Source of the DNA: a virus
Taxonomy: Duplodnaviria > Heunggongvirae > Uroviricota > Caudoviricetes
Strand: one strand, 5' to 3'
IMG/VR virus record: IMGVR_UViG_2698536361_000001
DNA: 33,224 nt
The position numbers and the translations under genes are program-made. Within the stretch, counting starts at the first letter, position 1; each line of letters opens with the position of its first letter. Below, one piece after another: positions 8,871 to 22,937 of the stretch. Under the pieces are notes generated by a model. It was not told the origin of the DNA. It did no database searches and saw only the letters and a program-made list of their open reading frames with translations.

Positions 8871-9511
8871 TTGTCGGTATACCTCTCTCGTTTACTCAGT
8901 TGTTCAGGAATATGGTGCAGCAGCTCGCCGTCACCACAGTAAATGGCGGCATGATTCGGCACCGATGAACCAAAACAGCACAGCAGCACATCACCCGGTT
9001 GTGCTGATGACAACGGCACCTGATACAGCCCTGTGGCCTCCAGATTATCCAGATAGAGATTCTGGCCGTTACGCCACCAGTCATCCTCACGATGAAAATC
9101 CGGCATCTCAATCCCCGCCAGATGGTAAGCGTCCCGGAACAGCGTGTAACAATCCGTCACCCCGTGCTCAAAGCGCCGCCCGGTAAGATGCGGCACACAG
9201 CGGAATTTATGAATCGCCCCCCGGCAGACCAGCCACCATGGCAAATCACTCTGCACCTGCAGCCGCCGGTCAGCCTCACTCAGCCAGGGCAGGCCACCGG
9301 GGTGGCTGTGGACCAGCGCCACAATCTCACCCTGCATCTCTGCCCGCAGCCAGTCCTCCGGCGACATCCGGAAATAATCCTCCGGCTCACCGGAGATATT
9401 CACGCAGGGAAAATATCTTTCCCCTTCCGACGTTCTCACCACGAAGCCGCACGACTCCGCTGGCGCACATCGCCGGGCGTGCGCCAGAATCGCTGATTCT
9501 GTCTCTGTCAT
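8768..9511 (-). CDS. K: Tail tip assembly protein K (MPN/JAMM plus NlpC/P60 domains); long 247-aa form, with an alternative internal ATG at 9367
   Basis: JAMM motif HSHPGGLPWLSEAD; the ORF starts 6 bp after the L stop. Confidence 0.85.
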   Translation of the reverse strand: MTETESAILAHARRCAPAESCGFVVRTSEGERYFPCVNISGEPEDYFRMSPEDWLRAEMQGEIVALVHSHPGGLPWLSEADRRLQVQSDLPWWLVCRGAIHKFRCVPHLTGRRFEHGVTDCYTLFRDAYHLAGIEMPDFHREDDWWRNGQNLYLDNLEATGLYQVPLSSAQPGDVLLCCFGSSVPNHAAIYCGDGELLHHIPEQLSKRERYTDKWQQRTHSLWRHRAWRESAFTGIYNDLAAASTCV

Positions 9512-9516
9512 GGGAT

Positions 9517-10215
9517 TTACTGCGAAAGTTTGTTAATGGAAAGGAAGCCGCCAAAGTTGCCGACATTATTGCGGAACTTACAGCCACTCAGGCATTTGCT
9601 GCATTTATCCTTCGTGATTTCGGATGTCGGCTGGTCATATTCATCCGCGACCGCCGGACCGTGATAACCGCACTCATCACCGCGATAGGTCCAGGTGCAG
9701 GTATTAGCAAGCATGATGCGCCCCGGAAAAACGGCACCATCCGTTTCCGTCGGCGTGGACAGTACAAAAGAGGCACTGACCGCGCTCAGTTCGCTGCACT
9801 GCTCGATGCGCCAGCGGCTGATCACCTCCTGCTCCGGATCGGCGTCGCTGTTTCCGTTGACGAAGTTCACCGCATCCAGAAAACGGGCATAAACCTTACG
9901 CCTGACCACCGTTCCGCCGACCAGACTCTGCAGGTCTTCCGCCATCCCGGTGACCATACCGTACAGGTTAGAAACCGTCAGCGTGGGGCGCGTACTGGTG
10001 CCTTTGCCATTCAGTTCAAAACCACTCCCCTGAATGGGATACGGCTGATACTGTCGCCCCTGCCAGGTGACCGGCTCACCTTTTTCGTTCTGCTCATTAC
10101 AGAAAAAATAACGTTCTCCACCGACCTCTGTCAGGTCGATTTCCCAGAGCACCACGCTGGCCGACTGCTCCGCACGGGTGCATTCATTCAGTGTTTCCTG
10201 CCGGATATCCTGCAT
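9517..10215 (-). CDS. L: Minor tail protein L
   Basis: 232 aa, 699 bp, lambda L position and length. Confidence 0.9.
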   Translation of the reverse strand: MQDIRQETLNECTRAEQSASVVLWEIDLTEVGGERYFFCNEQNEKGEPVTWQGRQYQPYPIQGSGFELNGKGTSTRPTLTVSNLYGMVTGMAEDLQSLVGGTVVRRKVYARFLDAVNFVNGNSDADPEQEVISRWRIEQCSELSAVSASFVLSTPTETDGAVFPGRIMLANTCTWTYRGDECGYHGPAVADEYDQPTSEITKDKCSKCLSGCKFRNNVGNFGGFLSINKLSQ

Positions 10216-10544
10216 CAGTTCACCACCTGTTCAAACTCTGCGCTGAACTCAACACGCAGCATACTGACCCGCGACGACCATTTTGCGCAGGTCACCTTTA
10301 TCTGCCGCCACTCATAAGGCGGCGTCCACAGAAAGGCTTTCCAGCCCCCGTGCTCTTCCAGAAACGACTCCAGCGCCGCGGCCTCCCAACGGGGAACAGA
10401 AAGCGTCACGCTGTACGTTTTCAGGTTGGCATTCAGCCCGGCAGGCGCTCGCTGGGAATAGCCATCACCAAAGCGCACCTTTCTTACAGAAGGGGCCGAA
10501 GCCACATCCATACCGGGTTTCACTTTCCAGCGGAAGGTTTTCAT
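10215..10544 (-). CDS. M: Minor tail protein M
   Basis: 109 aa; start/stop overlap with L and H as in lambda. Confidence 0.9.
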   Translation of the reverse strand: MKTFRWKVKPGMDVASAPSVRKVRFGDGYSQRAPAGLNANLKTYSVTLSVPRWEAAALESFLEEHGGWKAFLWTPPYEWRQIKVTCAKWSSRVSMLRVEFSAEFEQVVN

Positions 10545-13105
10545 CGTCCACCTCCGGAGAACAGACCACCATCACGCATCTGCCCGGTCACAACATCCAT
10601 TGCCGCCTTACGGGCTACGTCATAAACAGCCTTCAGCGCCTGTGGCCCTATCTGACCGTTCGTGCCGTCGTTGTTAATCACCACATGGTTATTCTGCTCA
10701 AACGTCCCGGACGCCTGCGACCGACTGTCCGCCATGCTGCCCGGTGTACCGACATAACCGCCGGTGGCATAGCCGCGCATAAGCCGGTAAAGATTCCCCA
10801 CGCCAATCCGGCTGGTTGCCTCCTTCGTGAAGACAAATTCACCACGGTGAACAATCCCCGCTGGCTCATATTTGCCGCCGGTTCCCGTAAATCCTCCGGT
10901 CGCAAAATGGAATTTCGCCGCAGATGCCTGAATGGCTGTACCGCCTGACGCTGATGCACCGCCAATGACACTCCCGACACTCCCGACGATCCCCACCATT
11001 GCCTGCTTAAGCAGAATTTCTGTCATCATGGACAGCACGGAACGGGTGAAGCTGCGCCAGTTCTGTTCACTGCCGGTCAGCATCGCCGCCATATTCTGTG
11101 CAATACCATCAAAGGTCTGCGTGGCTGCACTTTTTACCTGCGACATACTGTCCGTGGCGCTCTCTTCCCACTCACTCCAGCCGGACTTCAGGCCTGCCAT
11201 CCAGTTCCCGCGAAGCTGGTCTTCAGCCGCCCAGGTCTTTTTCTGCTCTGACATGACGTTATTCAGCGCCAGCGGATTATCGCCATACTGTTCCTTCAGG
11301 CGCTGTTCCGTGGCGTCCCGCGCTGCCTGCCGGTCAGTCAGCCCCCGGTTTTTCGCCTCAATGGCTGCCCGTTTTGCCCGTTGCTGCTGTGCGAATTTAT
11401 CCGCCTGCTGCGCCAGCGCGTTCAGGTGCTCCTGATACGTGACCTTATCGCCAAGTGCAGCCAGCTGGCGTTTGTACTCCAGCGTCTCATCTTTATGCGC
11501 CAGCAGGGATTTCTCCTGTGCGGACAGCTGGCGACGTTGCGCCGCCTCCTCCAGTACCGCGAACTGACTTTCCGCCTTCCACAAATCCCGGCGCTGCTGG
11601 CTGATTTTCTCATTCGCTCCGGCATGCTTCTCCAGTGTCCGGAGTTCTGCCTGAAGCGTCAGCAGGGCAGCATGAGCACTGTCTTCCTGACGATCGCCCG
11701 CAGACACTTTCACGCCGGACTGCTTCGGCTTTTTCAGCGTCGCTTCATAGTCCTTTTTCGCCGCCGCCATCAGCGTGTTGTAATCTGCCTGCAGGATTTT
11801 TCCGTCTTTCAGTGCCTTATTCAGTTCCTCCTGGCGGGCGGTATATTTCTCCAGCGGTGTCTGCAGGCGTTCGTAAGCCTTCTGCGCCTCTTCGGTATAT
11901 TTCAGCCGTGATGCCTCAGACTCGGCCCGATCTTTTGCTGCCATCTCACTGGCCTTTTCAAGATCTGCCTGCAACGTGGCGGCTGAAAGCCCAAGTCGCG
12001 CATTCTCTCTCTTCTCCCATGCCCCCCGGAGATTGGCAAGAAATGCTGACGTTTTACCGCGCCGGTGGCTTCGGCTCTGATACCACTGCCATTTTTTATC
12101 CGCTTCATCAAAAGCCTTTTCAGCTTTGGCGAGCATATCTGCAGAGGAGTCCGGGCGACCAATATCCAGCACCGCATCCCACATGGATTTGAATGCCTGT
12201 GCAGTCTTGTCTGCCCAGGTCTCCAGCGTACCCATGTTATCTTTCAGTTTACGGGTCTGGTCATCAAACCCTTTCGTTGCGGCCTCGTTCGCCGCCTGCA
12301 ATGCCCCGGCCCCATCGCCGGAACGCTGCAACTGAGCAACATACGCAATCTGTTCCGCCGTCACGTTATGGAACTGGCGCGCCATCGCCGTCAACCCAGA
12401 CGTCGGGTCAGTGGTCAGCTTCCCGAAGGCTTCAGCGACCTTGTCCACCTCCACGCCGGATGCAGAGGAGAAACGCGCCACACTCTGGCTGATTGCCTCA
12501 AACTGCTCACCACCACGCACACCGGCATTCACCAGCGCCGTCAGTGACTCGCTGGTCTGGTTAAACGTCAGCCCTGCCGCCTGCCCGGATCTGGACAGGG
12601 CCAGCATACGATCTGCCGTCAGTCCCGCCTGATTACCGGAAAGGACCAGCGTTTTATTGAAATTGGACAGGGTTGAGTCACCCTGATACCAGGCATACGC
12701 CAGCGCACCGGTCGCCACCGCCAGCGAAGTGATACCAACCATCGGCAGGGTGATCGCACCGGCAAGCCCCCTGAACATGGGGATCATCCCGCCGAAGGAG
12801 TCCTTCACCTGACCACCCTGTTGCAGCAGGATGAGCCACGGATTCTGCCCCCCTGCAAGCTGCGTGGCCACGTCGGTGAACTGCGCAGGCAGCATACGCA
12901 TGGCAGCTTTATACTGCCCGACGGAAATCCCCGCTTTCTGTGCAGCCAGCGCCTGCCGGTTCATTGACTGTTCAACGACTGCCGCTGTTTTTTTCGCATC
13001 ACTTTCCGTACCGGAAAAATGACGCCTGACTCTGGCCATCTGCTCGTCAAATCTGGCCGCATCCAGACTTAAATCAACGACCAGATCGCCTACCGGTTCA
13101 GCCAT
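10541..13105 (-). CDS. H: Tail tape measure protein H
   Basis: 854 aa, MAEPVGDLVVDLSLDAARFDEQMARVRRHF..., coiled-coil rich, ends ...GLFSGGGR. Confidence 0.95.
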   Translation of the reverse strand: MAEPVGDLVVDLSLDAARFDEQMARVRRHFSGTESDAKKTAAVVEQSMNRQALAAQKAGISVGQYKAAMRMLPAQFTDVATQLAGGQNPWLILLQQGGQVKDSFGGMIPMFRGLAGAITLPMVGITSLAVATGALAYAWYQGDSTLSNFNKTLVLSGNQAGLTADRMLALSRSGQAAGLTFNQTSESLTALVNAGVRGGEQFEAISQSVARFSSASGVEVDKVAEAFGKLTTDPTSGLTAMARQFHNVTAEQIAYVAQLQRSGDGAGALQAANEAATKGFDDQTRKLKDNMGTLETWADKTAQAFKSMWDAVLDIGRPDSSADMLAKAEKAFDEADKKWQWYQSRSHRRGKTSAFLANLRGAWEKRENARLGLSAATLQADLEKASEMAAKDRAESEASRLKYTEEAQKAYERLQTPLEKYTARQEELNKALKDGKILQADYNTLMAAAKKDYEATLKKPKQSGVKVSAGDRQEDSAHAALLTLQAELRTLEKHAGANEKISQQRRDLWKAESQFAVLEEAAQRRQLSAQEKSLLAHKDETLEYKRQLAALGDKVTYQEHLNALAQQADKFAQQQRAKRAAIEAKNRGLTDRQAARDATEQRLKEQYGDNPLALNNVMSEQKKTWAAEDQLRGNWMAGLKSGWSEWEESATDSMSQVKSAATQTFDGIAQNMAAMLTGSEQNWRSFTRSVLSMMTEILLKQAMVGIVGSVGSVIGGASASGGTAIQASAAKFHFATGGFTGTGGKYEPAGIVHRGEFVFTKEATSRIGVGNLYRLMRGYATGGYVGTPGSMADSRSQASGTFEQNNHVVINNDGTNGQIGPQALKAVYDVARKAAMDVVTGQMRDGGLFSGGGR

Positions 13106-13532
13106 ACCGGACTCCTCCTGCGATCCCTTCTGATACTGTCATCAGCATTACGTCATCCTCCATCATGTCCGCCACATACGGGGAAGCGGGGATAACTTCA
13201 TTCCCGTCCGGGCCAAAACGAACGCCTCCGGCAAGCCCTGCCGCTTTCTGCATCAGCACATCATCTTCAGGCTCTTCGTCAGCCTCGCGCCGGTTAAGCA
13301 GACTGAAATCCAGCGGATGCATATCCGGATCGCTGAAAAACAGGCTGAGCACGGTGTACGTCAGCCCGGAAAAGTGCATATCCAGCAGAACATCATGAAA
13401 ATAATGGGTACTGTAAAAGCGGTGCCAGTCGGCATACTCCGTGGATGACATCCCGGCAAGCATGGCGCGCCAGTCGGGTCGCCCCATCTCACGCGCCAGT
13501 TTCAGGGCAAAACTCAGCTCACCGACGAACAC
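13098..13532 (-). CDS. T: T-frame portion of the tail assembly chaperone GT (made by -1 frameshift from G)
   Basis: ORF in the -1 frame overlapping the G 3' end and the H start by 8 bp, as in lambda. Confidence 0.75.
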   Translation of the reverse strand: MFVGELSFALKLAREMGRPDWRAMLAGMSSTEYADWHRFYSTHYFHDVLLDMHFSGLTYTVLSLFFSDPDMHPLDFSLLNRREADEEPEDDVLMQKAAGLAGGVRFGPDGNEVIPASPYVADMMEDDVMLMTVSEGIAGGVRYG

Positions 13533-13936
13533 TTTCCCGCAGAAACAGGCTCTGCAGGCCCGGCGTCATCTGCCTGTTCAGGGGAATTATTCACCACAAA
13601 CTCAGACATTCCGGACAGACGTAACACCACGTTTTCAGCCTGAGCAATTGCCTCCGTGGGCCAGGTGGTAAGCACTTCCTGCTCAATCTGCGTAATGGCT
13701 TCATTCATGGACGGCAGCTTTGTCTTCTGCGGATGGTTATGCCACAGAGACATCGCCACCAGAAACGCCCCGCCTCTGATAAGATCCTCTACAGACACCT
13801 GCAGGTTGCCGCTGGATTCAGCCTTTTTTTCCTGCTCTTTCAACCAGGCAAGATGCTCAATACGCTGCAGGGCTGACAGTTCAGAAAGCGTGACGGTCAC
13901 GCCGTTATGTTCAAATGATTCTGTTTTCAGGAACAT
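13514..13936 (-). CDS. G: Tail assembly chaperone G
   Basis: 140 aa, 423 bp, lambda G position. Confidence 0.9.
   Translation of the reverse strand: MFLKTESFEHNGVTVTLSELSALQRIEHLAWLKEQEKKAESSGNLQVSVEDLIRGGAFLVAMSLWHNHPQKTKLPSMNEAITQIEQEVLTTWPTEAIAQAENVVLRLSGMSEFVVNNSPEQADDAGPAEPVSAGKCSSVS
13532..13538 (-). promoter_or_regulatory. Programmed -1 ribosomal frameshift slippery heptamer GGGAAAG (G to GT)
   Basis: Minus-strand GGGAAAG six codons before the G stop; identical to the lambda G-T slippery site. Confidence 0.7.
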
Positions 13937-13951
13937 CGCTGACTCTCCGGA

Positions 13952-14692
13952 TTAACTGGCGGTGACGGTGATTTCTGCAACCGCAGCAAACTCACCATTA
14001 CCGGATACAACCGGAATGTTGACCTTGCCTGCAGCAACGCCGTTCACGGTGATGGTCATACCACTGACCGACACGGTGGCTTTTGTTTTATCCGCTGACA
14101 CCGCACGGAAGCTCTTGTCGGTTGCGCCTTCCGGCTGGAATGCCACGGTCAGCGTCGTGCTCTGCCCTTTCACTACGGAAGCACTGGCTGGCGTTACCGT
14201 CATGCCGGTGGCCGCTGTTACCGTGCTGCGATCTTCTGCCATCGACGGGCGTCCCACATTGGTGACCTTCACCGTGCGGGTGATCACTTCCTTCGCCGTC
14301 ACCGCTTTACCGATACTGCTGACCCAGCCACGGAACACATCGACCGTGCCGTTCGGGAAGCGGATTTTATAGGCACGGGTATCACCTTCATTAAACCACG
14401 CCAGCAGCGCCTGCTGCCCCTGCTCTCCGGGCATCCACGCCAGCGTGAAGCTGGTATCTCCGGCTGATTTCTGCCCCTGCCCGGTCGCAGTCCAGTCCGC
14501 ATCCTCATCATCGAGATAACTGTCGTCATAGGACTCAGCGGTCAGTTCGCCGGGCGTCAGGTCTTTAACTTTTGCCAGACGCGACCAGTCAACGTCTGAA
14601 AGCGGGTTCGCATAAGGGTCACCGTTCCCCTTATAAACCCATAGTGTGGTCCCGGCCCCTTTCACCGGCATTGTAGGATTTGGTACAGGCAT
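13952..14692 (-). CDS. V: Major tail tube protein V (with C-terminal Ig-like domain)
   Basis: Matches lambda V from [22 protein letters not shown] (741 bp); the ORF track extends 30 bp further upstream. Confidence 0.9.
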   Translation of the reverse strand: MPVPNPTMPVKGAGTTLWVYKGNGDPYANPLSDVDWSRLAKVKDLTPGELTAESYDDSYLDDEDADWTATGQGQKSAGDTSFTLAWMPGEQGQQALLAWFNEGDTRAYKIRFPNGTVDVFRGWVSSIGKAVTAKEVITRTVKVTNVGRPSMAEDRSTVTAATGMTVTPASASVVKGQSTTLTVAFQPEGATDKSFRAVSADKTKATVSVSGMTITVNGVAAGKVNIPVVSGNGEFAAVAEITVTAS

Positions 14693-14699
14693 ATCGTCC

Positions 14700-15095
14700 T
14701 CACATTTCATAGGTAATGACATACGTCAGATCGGCTGAACTCCACAGGCCCGCATCATCGTCGCGTCGGTAGTCATAGCCACTGGCCACCATACTGGTGA
14801 TCAAATCTGACAGTGCCGGAATATCGCTCATCACCGGATAAATCCGGGACTCCATCCACGAATCCAGCTCTGAATCCGGCACCTGAGCAGGCAGGAAAAC
14901 TTCAATATGCAGCTCCGCCTGCCAGGTATCGCTGTCCAGCTCTTCGCCCGTGTATTCAGCGCCGGTGAGATAAACGGCAATTGCCGGAAAATCCGCCTCA
15001 TCAAAAACAGCGGGGCGACCATCAAAAAGCGTCGCCCCGGTGTCATGCTTCTCCAGTGCATCCAGTACGGCTGCACGGAGTTCAGTATGTTTCAT
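14700..15095 (-). CDS. U: Tail terminator protein U
   Basis: 131 aa, 396 bp, lambda U position. Confidence 0.9.
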   Translation of the reverse strand: MKHTELRAAVLDALEKHDTGATLFDGRPAVFDEADFPAIAVYLTGAEYTGEELDSDTWQAELHIEVFLPAQVPDSELDSWMESRIYPVMSDIPALSDLITSMVASGYDYRRDDDAGLWSSADLTYVITYEM

Positions 15096-15670
15096 CGCTT
15101 TATTACCATTCTCAGTTGATGCTGCAGCGCATAGCCCAGCTCTTTCGGAAGACGCTCACGCCGTATCCGTTCAATATTCTGTTTAAACGCCGTGGTCAGT
15201 GGCACCGCCATCGGGATTTTCACCACATCAATGGGGTAACGGTTTTTCCCGGCCACACGCTGCATAACATGCCAGCGGCCATTTTTCAGTTGCTGAATAA
15301 ACGCGCCGGGAATACGACGGTTTCCCACCACAAGCACGCTGCCGCCACCTTTCAGGGCTGAACGCTGCCCCTTTTTACGACGCCTGCGTCGGGACAGGAC
15401 AATCCGCGCGTTACCCAGCTTTATTACGGGCAAATCCCCCCGGTTAACCTTGATTCTGGCCTGCGGATTTTTAACCGTGGCCCTTTTCAGCCTGGCCCTT
15501 TCCTTTACCAGTTTCCGGCGTACCTTTGTCTCACGGGCAACCTGTGACGCCGACTGCGATATCGCGGATGAAGCAACGCGGTTAATGGCCATTGCGGCGG
15601 CACCAGGCACCGCCGTTTTGCTGATACGGCTGAGGTTTTCAACGGCCTGCTCAAGACCTTTTATGGCCAT
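15092..15670 (-). CDS. Z: Tail completion protein Z
   Basis: 192 aa, 579 bp, overlaps U start by 4 bp. Confidence 0.9.
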   Translation of the reverse strand: MAIKGLEQAVENLSRISKTAVPGAAAMAINRVASSAISQSASQVARETKVRRKLVKERARLKRATVKNPQARIKVNRGDLPVIKLGNARIVLSRRRRRKKGQRSALKGGGSVLVVGNRRIPGAFIQQLKNGRWHVMQRVAGKNRYPIDVVKIPMAVPLTTAFKQNIERIRRERLPKELGYALQHQLRMVIKR

Positions 15671-15681
15671 ACATCCCCCTT

Positions 15682-16035
15682 TCAGCGGCGACGGTTAACG
15701 GCAGGCGGTACGCCCCGTCCAAGCCAGAGATGACAGCTTCCGCCATCATCCGGCGAAACACGATCTATCCAGAAGTTTTCCTCACCGATGGTCAGCGTGT
15801 CTCCACGCCGCAGTTGCCGCACATCATCAGTCCGGACAAACAGGGACGGGCTGGAGCCTTCAACGCGCACGCCCTGTCCGGCATAGCTGATATTTTCAGG
15901 GTCATCAAAAACACCACGTATTACTGCGCCGGACTGCTCACCGGATGTCATGGTGGCTGACGTTCCCATGTACCCGCGTATCGTTTCATCGGTGCGGGCA
16001 ATGGCAGCATCGAACAGGTTATCGAAATCAGCCAC
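15682..16035 (-). CDS. FII: Head-tail connector protein FII
   Basis: 117 aa, 354 bp. Confidence 0.9.
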   Translation of the reverse strand: MADFDNLFDAAIARTDETIRGYMGTSATMTSGEQSGAVIRGVFDDPENISYAGQGVRVEGSSPSLFVRTDDVRQLRRGDTLTIGEENFWIDRVSPDDGGSCHLWLGRGVPPAVNRRR

Positions 16036-16046
16036 AGCGCCTCCCG

Positions 16047-16445
16047 TTATTGCATTCTGGCCAGGCCGCGCTCTGTCATTTCAGCTGCCACACCGGCAGA
16101 GACACGGAACGCCGTTCCCGGCAGCACAAATGCCACAGGTTCATCCCGCGTGGCGTGAAGTGCATCAGTATGCAGCGTCACCAGTGCCACGACCGTGACC
16201 AGTTCAGCCGTATCCTGAATCACGGTATCCGGCTGCGCTGATACCACCTCATGTTCATGCCCGGTCAGCACATTTTCCGGGCTGAGAGGGGTATCCTGAC
16301 CGGCAGTGTCGCCCGTGTCATCAAGCTCCTCTTCCAGCTCTGCCACACGGAGCGCCAGTTCTTCTTTCGTCCCCGTCAGACTGACATCACGGTTCAGTTG
16401 TTCACCCAGCGAGCGGAGACGGGCAATCAGTTCATCTTTCGTCAT
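16047..16445 (-). CDS. FI: DNA packaging / head assembly protein FI
   Basis: Matches lambda FI from MTKDELIARLRSLGEQL (399 bp). Confidence 0.85.
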   Translation of the reverse strand: MTKDELIARLRSLGEQLNRDVSLTGTKEELALRVAELEEELDDTGDTAGQDTPLSPENVLTGHEHEVVSAQPDTVIQDTAELVTVVALVTLHTDALHATRDEPVAFVLPGTAFRVSAGVAAEMTERGLARMQ

Positions 16446-16486
16446 GGACTCCTCCACAGAGAGAAAATGGCCCCGAAGGGCCACGA

Positions 16487-17512
16487 TTACGCCAGTTGTA
16501 CGGACACGAACTCATCAGGGTCAGCCAGCAGCATCAGCGGTGCTGACTGAATCATGGTGAACTCACGCGCCGGATCGCCGGTGGTCACCCAGTTTTTCGG
16601 GTAACGGGCAGAGGCGTTAATGCCTTCGCGCTGTGCGTCCGCATCCTGAATACAGCCATAGGTACGCAGACCGCGTGCCTGAGTGTTCCCCAGCACCATC
16701 GTGTTGTCCGGCAGGAAGTTCTTTTTGACGCCGTTTTCCACGTACTGTCCGGAATACACGACGATGGCAACATCGCCATACATCCCCTTATAGGACACCG
16801 CTTTACCCAGGTCTTTCACCGCTGTCTCCAGCTCGGAATTAGAGCCACGACGGGTATCCAGCTTCTCCTTGACGGCTTTGAAGGAACGGAACAGCGCCCA
16901 GCCTTTCGGATCAAACACGATGATATTCACCACACCGCTGGCGTTCAGCGCGTAGGCTTCGATATCGTCGGTCGGGTCATACGTGGACTTGTCACGCTTG
17001 CTCCACTCCGTGCCGCCGGACTGCGTGATGTTATTCGCCGCACTGCGGCCCATATCCACCTCAACCGGATCGAAGGCTTCACCGGTCATGGTGTATTTGC
17101 CCTTAAGCACGGCAGAAACGGCCTGCATCTCTTCGACCTGAGCAATGGCCAGCTCTTCGTCACGCATGTTCTGCATGATGATGCGACGGCGGCGGTAAGC
17201 CGGGTCCGCCAGATTCTGCGGATCTTCATCCGGCAGGCGACGCAGGGTCATCTGCGGATTCACCTCATGCTTCGGCTTGACATATCCCGGCGTAAATTCA
17301 GAGGTGGATCCGCCACGGGAACGGATAACCTCACCGGAAACAATCGGCGAAACGTACAGCGCCATGTTTACCAGTCCCGGAATTTGTGAGAGATAGACTT
17401 TCTCCGTGGTGAAGGGATAGCTCTCACGGAAAAAGAGACGCAGAAACAGCGGATCAAACTTAAATTTCTGCTCATTTGCCGCCAGCAGCTGGGCGGTTGT
17501 GTACATCGACAT
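16487..17512 (-). CDS. E: Major capsid protein E
   Basis: 341 aa, MSMYTTAQLLAANEQKFKFDPLFLRLFFRESYPF..., lambda E. Confidence 0.95.
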   Translation of the reverse strand: MSMYTTAQLLAANEQKFKFDPLFLRLFFRESYPFTTEKVYLSQIPGLVNMALYVSPIVSGEVIRSRGGSTSEFTPGYVKPKHEVNPQMTLRRLPDEDPQNLADPAYRRRRIIMQNMRDEELAIAQVEEMQAVSAVLKGKYTMTGEAFDPVEVDMGRSAANNITQSGGTEWSKRDKSTYDPTDDIEAYALNASGVVNIIVFDPKGWALFRSFKAVKEKLDTRRGSNSELETAVKDLGKAVSYKGMYGDVAIVVYSGQYVENGVKKNFLPDNTMVLGNTQARGLRTYGCIQDADAQREGINASARYPKNWVTTGDPAREFTMIQSAPLMLLADPDEFVSVQLA

Positions 17513-17568
17513 AAAAAAAATCCCGTAAAAAAAGCCGCACAGGCGGCCTTTAGTGATGAAGGGTAAAG

Positions 17569-17901
17569 TTAAACGATGCTGATTGCCGTTCCGGCAAACG
17601 CGGTCCGTTTTTTCGTCTCGTCGCTGGCAGCCTCCGGCCAGAGCACATCCTCATAACGGAACGTGCCGGACTTGTAGAACGTCAGTGTGGTGCTGGTCTG
17701 GTCAGCAGCAACTGCAAGAATGCCAACGGCAGCACCGTCGGTGGTGCCATCCCACGCAACCAGCTTACGGGTGGAGGTGTCCAGCATCAGCGGGGTCATT
17801 GCAGGCGCTTTCGCACTCAATCCGCCGGGCGCGGTTGCGGTATGAGCCGGGTCACTGTTGCCCAGCGGCTGGTAATGGGTAAAGGTTTCTTTGCTCGTCA
17901 T
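17569..17901 (-). CDS. D: Head decoration protein D
   Basis: [27 protein letters not shown]... 110 aa, lambda gpD. Confidence 0.9.
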   Translation of the reverse strand: MTSKETFTHYQPLGNSDPAHTATAPGGLSAKAPAMTPLMLDTSTRKLVAWDGTTDGAAVGILAVAADQTSTTLTFYKSGTFRYEDVLWPEAASDETKKRTAFAGTAISIV

Positions 17902-17910
17902 AAACATCCC

Positions 17911-18516
17911 TTACACTGGTGTGTTCAGCAAATCGTTAACGGCATCAGATGCCGGGTTACCTGCAGCCAGCGGTGCCGGTGCCCCCTGCATCAGACGATC
18001 CAGCGCAGTGTCACTGCGCGCCTGTGCACTCTGTGGTGCTGCGGCCAGAATACGGCGGGCCGTTTCCACGGTCATACCGGGGGTTTCGGCCAGCACGCAT
18101 GCCTGTTCTTCGCGTCCGTGAGCCTCCTCACAGTTGAGGATCCCCATAATGCGACTGTTTTCTGCCGCAACCGCTGCGGTGATCTGCGCGTTCACGTCCG
18201 GCTGCGCAGCGCTGGCGTTCTCGCCCTCCGTCGCTTGCACCACGCCAGTAACGTCAGCCTGCGAAGCAGTGGCTGAAACAGTTGTTGATTGAGTCTCTTT
18301 GGTCATTCGCCCTCCTGAGAGACGGGATTTACGTGCATCCAGTGCATCACGCATGACGGTGATCGCATCGGTGCTGTTAACAAGTTCATCAGCCAGTCCG
18401 GCATCAATGGCCTCCTGACCGCTGTACACTGCAGCCTCGGTATCCAGCACAGCCTGCACAGACAGGCCGGTATATGCCGACACCTTCTGCGCAAACATCT
18501 GGCGGGTTGCATCCAT
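17911..18516 (-). CDS. nu3: Scaffold protein Nu3 (in-frame internal start within C)
   Basis: Internal Met (MDATRQMFAQKV...) 606 bp before the C stop, as for lambda Nu3. Confidence 0.7.
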   Translation of the reverse strand: MDATRQMFAQKVSAYTGLSVQAVLDTEAAVYSGQEAIDAGLADELVNSTDAITVMRDALDARKSRLSGGRMTKETQSTTVSATASQADVTGVVQATEGENASAAQPDVNAQITAAVAAENSRIMGILNCEEAHGREEQACVLAETPGMTVETARRILAAAPQSAQARSDTALDRLMQGAPAPLAAGNPASDAVNDLLNTPV

Positions 18517-19210
18517 CCGGGACTGCAGTGTCTCCCGGACGTCATCCAGAAGATGGCTGTAGGGGTTGCCATCCACCTTATGGCTGCCGCTGTAAATCAG
18601 CGTGATTTCCACACCCTGTTTCTCCAGCGCAGCACCGTAATTACTGTGAGCCATCATGACGCCGATGGAGCCTGTCCGGGCGGTCTGCGTGACCAGACGC
18701 CGGGAGGCAGCACTGGCAAGCAGCTGACCTGCACTGCAGTTCATGTCGTTGGCCAGCGCCCATACCGGTTTTATGTCACGCACACGGGCGATGATGTCAG
18801 CGCAGTCAAATGCTCCCGCCACCATTCCGCCTGGCGTGTCCATATCGAGCAGAATGCCGTCCACCATCGGATCGCTGGCAGCCTGTTGCAGACGGGCGAT
18901 AATGCCGTTGTAACCGGTCATCCCCGAATACGGCTGCAGCGCCCGCGTCCGGCTGACCAGCGTGCCGGACACCGGCAGCACGGCGATGCCGTTCATGACC
19001 TGATAACTGCGGGCCTGTCGTGGTCCGTCATCATCACCGGATAACGCCAGCGTCGCGGGTGCCTCTCCGGCAGTCAGACTGTCGCCGGATACCGCATCCG
19101 TCAGGCGGCTGATCCCAAGCTGGCCTGCAAGCGCACAAAAGAAAACCCGCGCATAGGCGGGTTCAAGCATCAGCGGCTCATTAAAGGCCATACTGGCAAT
19201 ATGCGGGAGA

Positions 19211-19230
<20 letters not shown>
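17911..19230 (-). CDS. C: Capsid assembly protease C (probable GTG start)
   Basis: 1320 bp from a GTG (VTAELRNLPHIASMAFNEPLML); overlaps the B 3' end by 20 bp as in lambda. Confidence 0.85.

Positions 19231-22911
<3,681 letters not shown>

Positions 22912-22937
<26 letters not shown>

Noticed and set aside
9092-10317. Plus-strand ORFs up to 359 aa antisense to K and L
   Set aside because: Antisense to conserved tail genes; proline/arginine-rich low-complexity translations typical of spurious GC-rich frames.
10932-12632. Multiple plus-strand ORFs (160-185 aa) antisense to the tape measure gene H
   Set aside because: Same reasoning: embedded in a conserved gene, compositionally biased, no start context.
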